32,000 bases of DNA from Flammeovirga sp. SJP92 (GTDB taxonomy: Bacteria > Bacteroidota > Bacteroidia > Cytophagales > Flammeovirgaceae), in contig NZ_LQAQ01000019.1 in NCBI RefSeq assembly GCF_001583495.1, positions 242,836-274,835 on the forward strand. Reading direction: 5' to 3'. Below are positions 18,035 to 26,471 of this stretch, one piece after another; the first letter of the stretch is position 1; every line of letters starts with the position of its first letter. A program made the translations under genes and the position numbers. The notes beneath the pieces were generated by a model that had not been told where the DNA came from, did not search any database, and was given only the letters and a program-made list of their open reading frames with translations.

Positions 18035-18221
18035 ATTTTAACAACACATCATTAATAAAACTTACGATTTAACATATAAAAAAACAATAAAATTAGGATG
18101 TATTGTACTATTCCTAGATTTTTAAATAAAATTATATTAACTATACATCAACAATGATTCTATTGCTTTCCGCTAAAGCAAATAAAATACTTTTTTTTAA
18201 TCTAATCAAATACATGTCAAA

Positions 18222-18854
18222 ATGAAAACTAAAGCAACAAACAAATACTTACTCCTTCTTGTACTATTCTTAGCTCACTTAAGCAGCTACGGACAAAATA
18301 ACCTACTTAAAAACCCTGAAGTAAGATTCTATGGTGTGGACTTTACTCACGCTAGTTTTATTGGTCGACAAGGGTTTCAAGACCCTGAAGAGCTTCAGAA
18401 ATACTACCTCAAAAAATGGAATGATCTTGTGTTGAATGAACCTAAAAAATACAACATCAAAAAATATTTTAACAAAAGCCAAGTACACTATGACATGAAA
18501 GCTGTCAATAAGAGAAATAATTTGGTTGACCCAAACAAGCTTGTAGTGGATTCACAGGAAGAACATCAGAAAATTAGGGAAGAAGATTTTAATGAAATTG
18601 TTAATGGACTTCCTACCACAGAAAATGAAGAATTGGGAATGGTTTTGGTAGTGGAAACATTCAATAAATTGAGTAGTAAAGGTACCACTTGGTCGGTCCT
18701 TTTTAATACAAAAACAAAAGAGATTCTTTACCGACAATATCATATGAGCGATCCTAGCGGATTTGGCGTTCGTAATTATTGGGGATTTACTTTGTATCGA
18801 ACGCTCAGATACACGGGTAAAGACTTCTTTTTTTACTTAAGGAAAAATAGTTAA
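18222..18854 (+). CDS. Secreted protein of unknown function
   Basis: The signal peptide is MKTKATNKYLLLLVLFLAHLSSYGQ. I recognise no motifs. The stop lies 7 nt before the halogenase ATG, which suggests a bicistron. Confidence 0.6.
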   Translation: MKTKATNKYLLLLVLFLAHLSSYGQNNLLKNPEVRFYGVDFTHASFIGRQGFQDPEELQKYYLKKWNDLVLNEPKKYNIKKYFNKSQVHYDMKAVNKRNNLVDPNKLVVDSQEEHQKIREEDFNEIVNGLPTTENEELGMVLVVETFNKLSSKGTTWSVLFNTKTKEILYRQYHMSDPSGFGVRNYWGFTLYRTLRYTGKDFFFYLRKNS

Positions 18855-18861
18855 TCATAAA

Positions 18862-20094
18862 ATGAAGCAAACAGACGTATTAATCATAGGCGCTGGACCT
18901 TCGGGAAGTATTGCTGGAAGCATTTTACTGCAAAACGGTTTTAATGTTACAATCATTGAGAAAGAGCAATTTCCAAGATTTGTAATTGGTGAAAGCCTTA
19001 TTCCAAAAGTGATGCAACACCTTGACAAAGCAGGACTTTTGGAGGCACTGGATGCTCAAAATTTTGAAAAAAAATATGGAGCTCGCTTCTTCAAAGGAGA
19101 GAAGGTGTGTCACTTTTCGTTTGCAGAAAAATTTACAGATGGATGGGAATGGACATGGCAAATGCCTAGAGCAGATTTTGACTATACCATTGCTAAAGAA
19201 GTAGAAAAAAAAGGGGCTGAAGTACTTTATCAGCATGCAGTTACAAATGTGGATTTTTCTACTGAAAGTGTCATCACCAGCATAGAAGATAAAAATGGAA
19301 ATACCTCTCAGATTGCTTCAAAATACATCATTGACGGCAGTGGGTATGGTCGTGTGCTACCTCGTCTACTTGACTTGAGCAAACCTTCCGATTTACCGCC
19401 AAGAGGATCATTTTTCACACATGTGGAAGACATCAATAGACCTGATACTATTGATGGCACTACCATCACGTTTGATATTCTAGATAAAGATTTATGGTTT
19501 TGGGTTATTCCATTTTCTAACGGAAAAACCTCTTTGGGTTTTGTAGGTGACACTCGCTTTTTTGAAGGAATCACTGACGATAACAAAGCAGAGAAGTTCA
19601 ATGAACTGATACAGCAATCTGAATATTACAAAGCACGCTTCTCAAATCTAGAATATGAATTTGAGCCAATGTCAAAGATCGGTTACTCTGTAGGTGTAAA
19701 ACAACTTTTCGGAGACCGTTATGTTTTGACTGGAAACAGTACTGAATTCCTCGACCCTGTTTTTTCATCTGGCGTTTCTTTTGCTGCTGAATCTTCTGCT
19801 TTGGCTGCTGAATTGGTAGCAAAAACACTGAAAGGTGAAAATGTTGACTGGCAAAAGGATTACTCTGATTATATTCTCAGAGGTGTAGAGGTATTCAAAT
19901 CGTATATCAAATATTGGTATGACGGTTCTTTACAAGATCTTTTCTTTTCTGACGAGATTAATTTTGAGTTTAAAAAGCAGATCACTTCTATTTTAGCTGG
20001 CTACGTTTGGGATAAAGACAACCGTTTTGTGAACAGACATAAAACGATCGTCAAGACCATTAATCATTTTCAAAAAGAAGCTCAAAGTATGTAA
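18862..20094 (+). CDS. Flavin-dependent halogenase
   Basis: The FAD motif is VLIIGAGPSGS. The halogenase-diagnostic WxWxIP motif is present as LWFWVIPF, and the FxxPxxSxG motif as FLDPVFSSGV. Confidence 0.8.
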   Translation: MKQTDVLIIGAGPSGSIAGSILLQNGFNVTIIEKEQFPRFVIGESLIPKVMQHLDKAGLLEALDAQNFEKKYGARFFKGEKVCHFSFAEKFTDGWEWTWQMPRADFDYTIAKEVEKKGAEVLYQHAVTNVDFSTESVITSIEDKNGNTSQIASKYIIDGSGYGRVLPRLLDLSKPSDLPPRGSFFTHVEDINRPDTIDGTTITFDILDKDLWFWVIPFSNGKTSLGFVGDTRFFEGITDDNKAEKFNELIQQSEYYKARFSNLEYEFEPMSKIGYSVGVKQLFGDRYVLTGNSTEFLDPVFSSGVSFAAESSALAAELVAKTLKGENVDWQKDYSDYILRGVEVFKSYIKYWYDGSLQDLFFSDEINFEFKKQITSILAGYVWDKDNRFVNRHKTIVKTINHFQKEAQSM

Positions 20095-20110
20095 GGTGTT
20101 AAAAGTAATG

Positions 20111-20150
20111 AGGGAAGAAGTGTTTTGTAACATTTCTTCCCTTATTTTTC
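20111..20150 (+). terminator. Rho-independent terminator after the halogenase gene
   Basis: agggaagaagtgtt / aacatttcttccct forms a 14-bp stem with one G.U pair and loop ttgt. It is followed by tatttttc. Confidence 0.8.
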
Positions 20151-20459
20151 ACCTTTTCTTCTGTCCTAGTACAAACCTATTTATAAACTCATTCGATCAA
20201 AATTTCATCATTCTAAGATGCTCAATACATGAAATCTTTAACGTTTTTCTTATACCCATTTCAAAGTATTCTAACATTAGAGCTAACGAAAATTAACTAT
20301 ATATTCAATAAATAGAAGTTAACTAAGACAAATATTTTTTATCGTTTACAATTGTAAATTTTTAAAACTATTCTTCTTATATTCTGTTTATACCTATGAA
20401 ACTAATTACAACATGTAAAGAGTTGAAGTGAACCATTTACAATCATCAATCTCATTACT

Positions 20460-21470
20460 ATGAAAAATTATATTTTATCAGCATTTTTATTTTTGTTTTC
20501 TTCATTTTGCTTTGCAGATGATGAATATAAGATCAACTACAACATCAAAGGTGTAAATTTAGATGCGTCAAACATCCATCCTATGATGGTGATAACCAAT
20601 AGAGTTTTAGAAATAGACAACACTACTAATGAAGTACATTTAAGTCATGAAATGGACACATCTGACATTAAATACTTAATAGTTACAAGCAATAAAAAAA
20701 AACCAAAAGTAAAGATCTATTCTAATTTTCATGAGGCTTTTTCAAAGATCTATCATGATAATTTAGTAGTACATGTTCATGGTTTTGGACAGGATTTCAA
20801 TGCAACTTTGAGAAGTGGTATTACTTTGCAGAAAAATTATGACATCAACCTTATATTGTTTGATGTACCCACTGAAACTGTGAGTTTTAATATCTTTTCA
20901 GAATTCAAACGTTCGAAAAGATATTTCGAAAATTCCACAAGAAACTTTGATGATTTCTTAGATGATTATGAAGTAGCTTCCGAGTATTATAATGTAAATG
21001 AAAAACCAATCCTTTTTATGCACAGCTTGGGTAACCACCTTTTAGAGGAATATATCCAATCGGAAGAATATCAATACAATAAAAAATTGGCAGTATTTGA
21101 AAATATATTAATCAATGCTCCTGCGGTTAAAAAGAAAAATCATGCTGACTGGATTGAAAAAATAGATGAAGATATCAACATTTATATTACTGTAAACAAA
21201 AAAGATTTCACCCTTAAAGGTGCTGAATTTTTGACCATGACACGTCAATTAGGAAGCTCAAAAATTAAGAACAAGCATTTGGCTTCCAATGCTACTTATT
21301 TTACATTCCATACATTGGTAGGTAATGAGCACAATTACTTCATTAATCCTACTCTAATGGAAAACCGTCACATCAAATCATTTTACAGTCAAATACTAGA
21401 AGGCAAGACAATTATTGATGAATATTACATCGATAATGAAAGTGGTATTGATCTGGTCGTTCAGAATTAA
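20460..21470 (+). CDS. Secreted alpha/beta hydrolase, DUF900-like
   Basis: A signal peptide is present. VVHVHGFGQDFN and the nucleophile elbow MHSLGNH resemble the DUF900 pattern (VHGy... / HSMG) as I remember it. Confidence 0.5.
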   Translation: MKNYILSAFLFLFSSFCFADDEYKINYNIKGVNLDASNIHPMMVITNRVLEIDNTTNEVHLSHEMDTSDIKYLIVTSNKKKPKVKIYSNFHEAFSKIYHDNLVVHVHGFGQDFNATLRSGITLQKNYDINLILFDVPTETVSFNIFSEFKRSKRYFENSTRNFDDFLDDYEVASEYYNVNEKPILFMHSLGNHLLEEYIQSEEYQYNKKLAVFENILINAPAVKKKNHADWIEKIDEDINIYITVNKKDFTLKGAEFLTMTRQLGSSKIKNKHLASNATYFTFHTLVGNEHNYFINPTLMENRHIKSFYSQILEGKTIIDEYYIDNESGIDLVVQN

Positions 21471-21497
21471 TAATAGAAAATCATAGTAATGAGAAAC

Positions 21498-21537
21498 CCC
21501 GATGGAGTATAAATTTCTCCATCGGGATTTCTTTTTT
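21498..21537. terminator. Terminator hairpin between convergent genes
   Basis: cccgatggag (21498-21507) pairs with ctccatcggg (21517-21526) around a 9-nt loop. The T-tract tttctttttt follows on the plus strand, and a weaker tract (uuucuc) follows on the minus strand. Confidence 0.75.
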
Positions 21538-21576
21538 AGGATCACAATTAAGCTTATAAACCCAACTCCACGAGGA

Positions 21577-23949
21577 TTAATTCATCCCTCCAGAACTATG
21601 CAATTTCCTTGCTTTTCTTCCTTGGAACTGACCTCCAAAGGCATAAGAAAATGATAATCTATACACAGGTCTTTCTTGCAAATAATAGGTTTGTTCTTGG
21701 AAATTCTGACCAAATACATCCTTTGTAAATCCGCTGTTGATAATATCATCTACTTTGAGAGAAATACTTCCTTTACGCTTAAAGACGGCTTTCTTTACAG
21801 CCACATTAAGAGCGTAAGTAGGCTGTGTGATGTTTTGTGCATCGTATTGCTGTCCTGCATATCTGCCCATAATCTGTATGGTAAAGCTTTTTGGCAACGT
21901 AAATCTTGTATTCAGTTTTGCTGTCCAGTTGATTGGGTTAGCATCAGAAGGTACTGTAAACTCTTCGTTGTCATCCTGAATTTCCAAGTAGAAGAAGTTT
22001 AAGTTAGCATCAATATTCCACCATTTTGCTATCTGATAATTGGCAGAAATAGATGCTCCACCTGTCAACGATGAACCTAAATTGGCCCAAGTATATACGG
22101 TCAAATCTTCTAAGGAATCATACCTTGAAACGTTTCGGATAATGTCTGTACTGTGTCTTACATATACACTTGTATTCAAACCTAGCTTTCCTTTGTTATA
22201 GCCATGATCCAAGCTGACTGAATTAGTATAAGAGGGTTGAAGGTTAGGATTACCAACTGATACTGTAGAAGAGTTTGAACGCTGTTCAATAGGCAGCATA
22301 TTGAAGATACCCGGACGGTTGATTCGTCTTGAATAACTTACCCCTAATGTATTAAAATCACCTAGTTTTCTTTGGATGTGAAGCGTAGGAAATAAACTCG
22401 CGTAATTAATGTTGTAGGTAGTATCTTGACCACTTTCCGTTTTTACAGTACCATCAATTGTAGCAACTTCTCCCCTTACTCCTGCTTTGATAGAATATTG
22501 TCCTAACGTAATGCTGTATGATCCATAAAGAGAGTTGATGTACTGATCATAATCATAGCTGTAATTATTGATTACGCCCCCCAGATTATTTGAGATTTGC
22601 GCTGATGCATCTAATAATTCACCTTTATAGCCTGTTTCAAAAGACGATTTCTTATTGATTTCATGTGAATAATCAATCTTCAATGATGCATAATTCCAAC
22701 GAGCATCTGTATTTACTGATGAGTTCCGTTCAATATCTTGCTCAAGAGTGGATGAAGTGGAGAAATCAGATTCACCTCCATTAAAGTAACCGTCACTTTC
22801 CAAAATACCTTTCTTAAACTCTTTTCTATGGTTCAAGCTTAATGAATACCCTTGTGCTTGATTTTTCTGATCACCAAATTCACGTTGTGAACTGATAATT
22901 TGATCTCCCAATATATTTCTATTGGTATAAAGGTTTTCCTCACCACCTTTCCAGTTCCATATCTCGGCAAATAATGTAATTGTGTTGGTAGAATCCAAGA
23001 AGTAGTCCGCTCCAAATTTTGTGTTATAATAACGGCCTTTTCTAATATTCTCTCCTTCTTGATCAAAAGTTGGAACGGTCTCATCAGTAAAAATACGATT
23101 CAAGTCCTTTTGGTTCTCAAATCGGTTTTCACCATAAGCCCCCTGCCCGAAGAAGTTGAATTTCTTTACTCTGTAATTCAAACCAAGGTAGCCATTGTAC
23201 TTTTCTCCTGTACCTGCACCAATATTTGCACTACCATTCAAACCTTTCATTTTATCTTTTTTAGTAATCACATTAATGATACCCGAAAGGCCATCAGGAT
23301 CATATTTCGCTGACGGATTCGTAATCACTTCAATCTTTTCAATAGAGCCCGCTGGCAATGTCTGAAAGATTTGGGCTGGATCAATCTGAGAAGGTTTCCC
23401 ATCAATCAACACCCTTACATTGCTTTCTCCTCTAAGGCTAATAGCACCATCAGAACCCACACTGATTTCAGGAATAGTCTGTAAAACTTCTGATACCGAA
23501 TTACCTTCTGCAATCATGGCATCACTGACATTGACTACTTTTTTGTCGATGGACCGCTCAATGCTTGATTTTTCTGCACGTACTTCTACTTCATCCAATT
23601 GTTCCACATTTTCAGCAATTTTGACGGCTCCTACATCAGTGTTAGGAGAAGTGATTTTAACTTGTTGCTTGAGTGTATTATACCCCACAAATTGTACAAC
23701 AAGAGTGTAGTTGCCATAAGGAACGTTTTTGATCCTAAAGCGACCTTCATTGTCTGTTAAGCCACCACCAATAGATATATCGTTTTTGTTGTTTAAGGAT
23801 ACTGTTGCATACCCCACAGGACTACCATTATTCTGATCGATAATCTGACCTTTTAGATTACCATTTTTTTCGGCATCGTCGTTGGCCAGCGTTACGATAG
23901 AGATCAATAGTAGTAAAATTAAATTGACACTAAAATTTATAGTCTTCAT
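21577..23949 (-). CDS. TonB-dependent-receptor-like outer-membrane beta-barrel protein with N-terminal CarboxypepD_reg-like domain
   Basis: A signal peptide is present. GQIIDQNNGSPVGYATVSL...GRFRIKNVPYGNYTLVVQFVGY is a carboxypeptidase-regulatory-like fold. Plug-like blocks (ISLRGESNVRVLIDGKP, IEKIEVITNPSAKYDPDG) are followed by a long alternating beta-strand region. Confidence 0.8.
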   Translation of the reverse strand: MKTINFSVNLILLLLISIVTLANDDAEKNGNLKGQIIDQNNGSPVGYATVSLNNKNDISIGGGLTDNEGRFRIKNVPYGNYTLVVQFVGYNTLKQQVKITSPNTDVGAVKIAENVEQLDEVEVRAEKSSIERSIDKKVVNVSDAMIAEGNSVSEVLQTIPEISVGSDGAISLRGESNVRVLIDGKPSQIDPAQIFQTLPAGSIEKIEVITNPSAKYDPDGLSGIINVITKKDKMKGLNGSANIGAGTGEKYNGYLGLNYRVKKFNFFGQGAYGENRFENQKDLNRIFTDETVPTFDQEGENIRKGRYYNTKFGADYFLDSTNTITLFAEIWNWKGGEENLYTNRNILGDQIISSQREFGDQKNQAQGYSLSLNHRKEFKKGILESDGYFNGGESDFSTSSTLEQDIERNSSVNTDARWNYASLKIDYSHEINKKSSFETGYKGELLDASAQISNNLGGVINNYSYDYDQYINSLYGSYSITLGQYSIKAGVRGEVATIDGTVKTESGQDTTYNINYASLFPTLHIQRKLGDFNTLGVSYSRRINRPGIFNMLPIEQRSNSSTVSVGNPNLQPSYTNSVSLDHGYNKGKLGLNTSVYVRHSTDIIRNVSRYDSLEDLTVYTWANLGSSLTGGASISANYQIAKWWNIDANLNFFYLEIQDDNEEFTVPSDANPINWTAKLNTRFTLPKSFTIQIMGRYAGQQYDAQNITQPTYALNVAVKKAVFKRKGSISLKVDDIINSGFTKDVFGQNFQEQTYYLQERPVYRLSFSYAFGGQFQGRKARKLHSSGGMN

Positions 23950-24359
23950 TAGTATGATATTGATAATTAACTATCTAATCAGATCAAAACGGAATTATAA
24001 GCACGATTTTAATAGTCCAAACAACACAGTACGAAACGCATCTAGTGATGAAAAAATAAGGACTAAAAAGAGTAATTAAAGTTCTGTATTTTAAATGAAT
24101 AGATAATTTAGATGAAAGTTAGATTGCTAATTTAGTTTTTTTAAATGCTAAAATACAAGGTATGTAAGGGTTTAATTAGGTTTTATTAATAATTATCAAT
24201 GAGTGGCTAGTATCCAACCTGACCATATTAGCAATAATTTATTTCCTCATCTCATCTCAAAAATCAAGAAAAACAATAGATAAAATTGTAAACATTTCAC
24301 TCAATATTTCTGCAACTTTTAAAGTACTACTTCCAAGCTTTATTTCATTTTGACTTTAC

Positions 24360-24390
24360 ACAAAAAAGGCCACTCAAAATGAGTAGCCTT
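24360..24390 (-). terminator. Rho-independent terminator after the csp gene
   Basis: The minus-strand RNA reads aaggcuacuca-uuu-ugaguggccuu followed by uuuuuug. The stem holds one G.U pair. Confidence 0.75.
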
Positions 24391-24413
24391 CTTTTTCAAG
24401 TCTCTAAAGTTGA

Positions 24414-24605
24414 TTATGACAACTGTACGTTTACAGCGTTCAAACCTCTTCTTCCTTCTTCAACTTCAAATTGTACTTGATCATTTTCTTTGATCTCATC
24501 GATACAACCTGAGATGTGTACAAAGATTTCGTTGTTTGTTTCGCTATCTACGATAAAACCAAAACCTTTAGTAGCGTTGAAAAATTTGACTGTTCCTTGT
24601 TTCAT
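24414..24605 (-). CDS. Cold-shock protein (CspA family)
   Basis: A 63-aa protein with RNP1 KGFGFI and RNP2-like IFVHIS. Confidence 0.9.
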   Translation of the reverse strand: MKQGTVKFFNATKGFGFIVDSETNNEIFVHISGCIDEIKENDQVQFEVEEGRRGLNAVNVQLS

Positions 24606-24755
24606 AACTATATTAAATTAAAAATCTTCTTTTCAGAATTTATATAAATACACTCTTTTACCCTCCCATCTTACAAGATCAATGGGCTAATAAAAAGTGT
24701 TACAATACTAATTAACAATTAAAAATGCTACTGATATAGTAGACTTTCATCAATA

Positions 24756-25217
24756 CTAATCCTTTGGACTTTTTGTGATATCTACACAAGATCTTCCTCT
24801 TGGTGTATCCTTAAGATCAAATGCTACAAAGTCCTTTTCTCTGATATCATAATTCTCATCCACATCACTGATATGGAAGAAATAGCGTTCTCTTGAACCC
24901 TTTTCTATGATAAAACCGAACTTTTTCTCTGGATTGTAGTAATCAACACGACCTTGTCTTTTTTGATCTTCGAGATCTTCTTGTCTGGAAGTTGAAATTT
25001 GAATATCCTCCAGCTTGATTTTCTCTTTTGGTTTGTCAGGATCTGGTGGAGTAGAGGTAATATTACCAAACTCATCCACATAGGCCATCATATTTTCTAG
25101 ATCGCCTTTTACTTTGTTCTTTTTTTGTTCTTCTTTCTTAGCTAGTTTTTCTTCACGCTTTTTCTTTTTCTTCTTATCCTTCTCTAATTTATTAAAGGTC
25201 TGTTGAGATCTACCCAT
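24756..25217 (-). CDS. Cold-shock-domain protein with ~95-aa Lys/Glu-rich N-terminal extension
   Basis: The C-terminus GRVDYYNPEKKFGFIIEKGSRERYFFHISDV is a cold-shock domain. The N-terminus KLEKDKKKKKKREEKLAKKEEQKKNK is low-complexity and charged. Confidence 0.75.
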   Translation of the reverse strand: MGRSQQTFNKLEKDKKKKKKREEKLAKKEEQKKNKVKGDLENMMAYVDEFGNITSTPPDPDKPKEKIKLEDIQISTSRQEDLEDQKRQGRVDYYNPEKKFGFIIEKGSRERYFFHISDVDENYDIREKDFVAFDLKDTPRGRSCVDITKSPKD

Positions 25218-25454
25218 ATTGAATCTTTAAAAGTTACTGCCAAGTATAACCTGATAAGTATTAAACATTCAATAAATAAATTTTCCGTAAAAAGATTATA
25301 TCTCAAATGAAAAGTAAATACAAAGTTATCCGTACCCATAAGCGAGCACCTCATGCACTACAAAGTTAGGCATTTATTTTTCAATAAAAATATTTTAGAA
25401 GAAAAGTAACCATTAATAACAAATAAATAAAATCAATAACAAACTGATATTCAA

Positions 25455-25482
25455 CAAAAAAAGCTACTCACAATGAGTAGCC
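25455..25482 (-). terminator. Rho-independent terminator after the 25581-26039 lipoprotein gene
   Basis: gctactca (25463-25470) pairs with tgagtagc (25474-25481). A U7 run follows on the minus-strand RNA (A7 at 25456-25462 on the plus strand). Confidence 0.7.
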
Positions 25483-25580
25483 TCAGATAGAAAGGAATAT
25501 ATAATTACTACATTAAAAGTCTTCTTACATCTTCTTCCTTTTAAACCTTTGGAGTAGACCCAAATGTAGTTTACACTGTA

Positions 25581-26039
25581 TTATTTTTTCTTGAGAACTG
25601 TAACTACAACCTCCTGATTTCGAATATCATTGCGTTCATCTGTCACGCTGAATACAAACTTATGCTCTCCAATTTCTAAATCATTCAATACTTCTTTCAT
25701 TAAAAAAACAGTGGCTTCTGTATTCCCTCTGACGTTCCAATATTGTTTGCCATTGAGTAAAGAATAATGTAACTGCTCTTCATAATGAGATTTTGTCTCT
25801 TTTGCTAAATCAATATTTAATACCTCCGTTTGAACTAGAAGGCTTGCTATCTTTCCTGGCACGTAAATTTCTACTCTTATGGTATCCGTAAAATTCCCCT
25901 GTTGCATCGTAATTGAAGAACCATGCGACAACTCAAAAGTAGTGGTCTTAGGGATAGCATCATTCAATGTTCTTTCTTGACAAGAACTAATCCAAATGAT
26001 CAACGATAACCCTAAAAGAAATGATACTAATTTTTGCAT
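25581..26039 (-). CDS. Lipoprotein of unknown function
   Basis: From ATG 26039 the protein begins MQKLVSFLLGLSLIIWISSCQ (lipobox). The track ORF is extended upstream to TTG 26090. Confidence 0.55.
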   Translation of the reverse strand: MQKLVSFLLGLSLIIWISSCQERTLNDAIPKTTTFELSHGSSITMQQGNFTDTIRVEIYVPGKIASLLVQTEVLNIDLAKETKSHYEEQLHYSLLNGKQYWNVRGNTEATVFLMKEVLNDLEIGEHKFVFSVTDERNDIRNQEVVVTVLKKK

Positions 26040-26175
26040 ACCTATAGTGTTTTTAAAAGTGAGAACTTTGGAAATGACAAATAGAATCAAGCAATTTTAA
26101 TTATCTAAATCACTCAATAAATCATACGATCGAATAATTTATTAAGTTGAATATATTACCATTCATTTGGACAAA

Positions 26176-26204
26176 TGAAAAAGGCCATTGCATACGCAAT
26201 AGCC
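26176..26204 (-). terminator. Rho-independent terminator after the small-peptide gene pair
   Basis: ggccattgc (26183-26191) pairs with gcaatagcc (26196-26204). The single C/A mismatch becomes a G.U pair on the minus-strand RNA, and uuuuuc follows. Confidence 0.65.
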
Positions 26205-26253
26205 TCGCTTTCAATCTGTAGTTACTATTAACAACCTATAACAAAATCTCGGG

Positions 26254-26403
26254 TTATTTCTTTACTGACACCGTTGTATCAGCTTCTACTTTTGATACCG
26301 TTACTTCTTGTTCGTACCCTGGTTTAGCGGTACTGTACATTATTGTAGTAACAGCAACAACTGCAATAATTAAAACAGCAATAAGTGCAATAACAGTTTT
26401 CAT
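26254..26403 (-). CDS. Small (49 aa) single-TM membrane protein, paralog 1 (not in the ORF track)
   Basis: My own translation is MKTVIALIAVLIIAVVAVTTIMYSTAKPGYEQEVTVSKVEADTTVSVKK, running from ATG 26403 to TAA 26254-26256. A terminator follows. It is paralogous to the neighbouring 48-aa ORF. Confidence 0.5.
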   Translation of the reverse strand: MKTVIALIAVLIIAVVAVTTIMYSTAKPGYEQEVTVSKVEADTTVSVKK

Positions 26404-26471
26404 AGCAATAGTATTTTTAGTTCTTTATTTAATAATTATTTCAAGCGAAAATAATTTATGTATGATAAATT

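Noticed and set aside
18303-19828. Minus-strand ORFs (61-103 aa) opposite the 210-aa gene and the halogenase gene.
   Set aside because: They are antisense shadow ORFs, and the plus-strand genes carry the diagnostic motifs.
3014-20142. A shared GGGAAGAA motif between the 3021-3105 inverted repeat and the halogenase terminator (20111-20142), considered as a repeat family.
   Set aside because: Only an 8-mer is shared. About one such coincidence is expected in 64 kb of two-strand sequence with this composition.
23950-24413. A possible cobalamin riboswitch upstream of the 790-aa receptor gene. The minus strand has gccactc, a 6/7 match to the B12 box.
   Set aside because: The surrounding 200 nt are extremely AT-rich and lack the conserved GC-rich paired regions of the cobalamin riboswitch. 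A single near-match heptamer is expected by chance.
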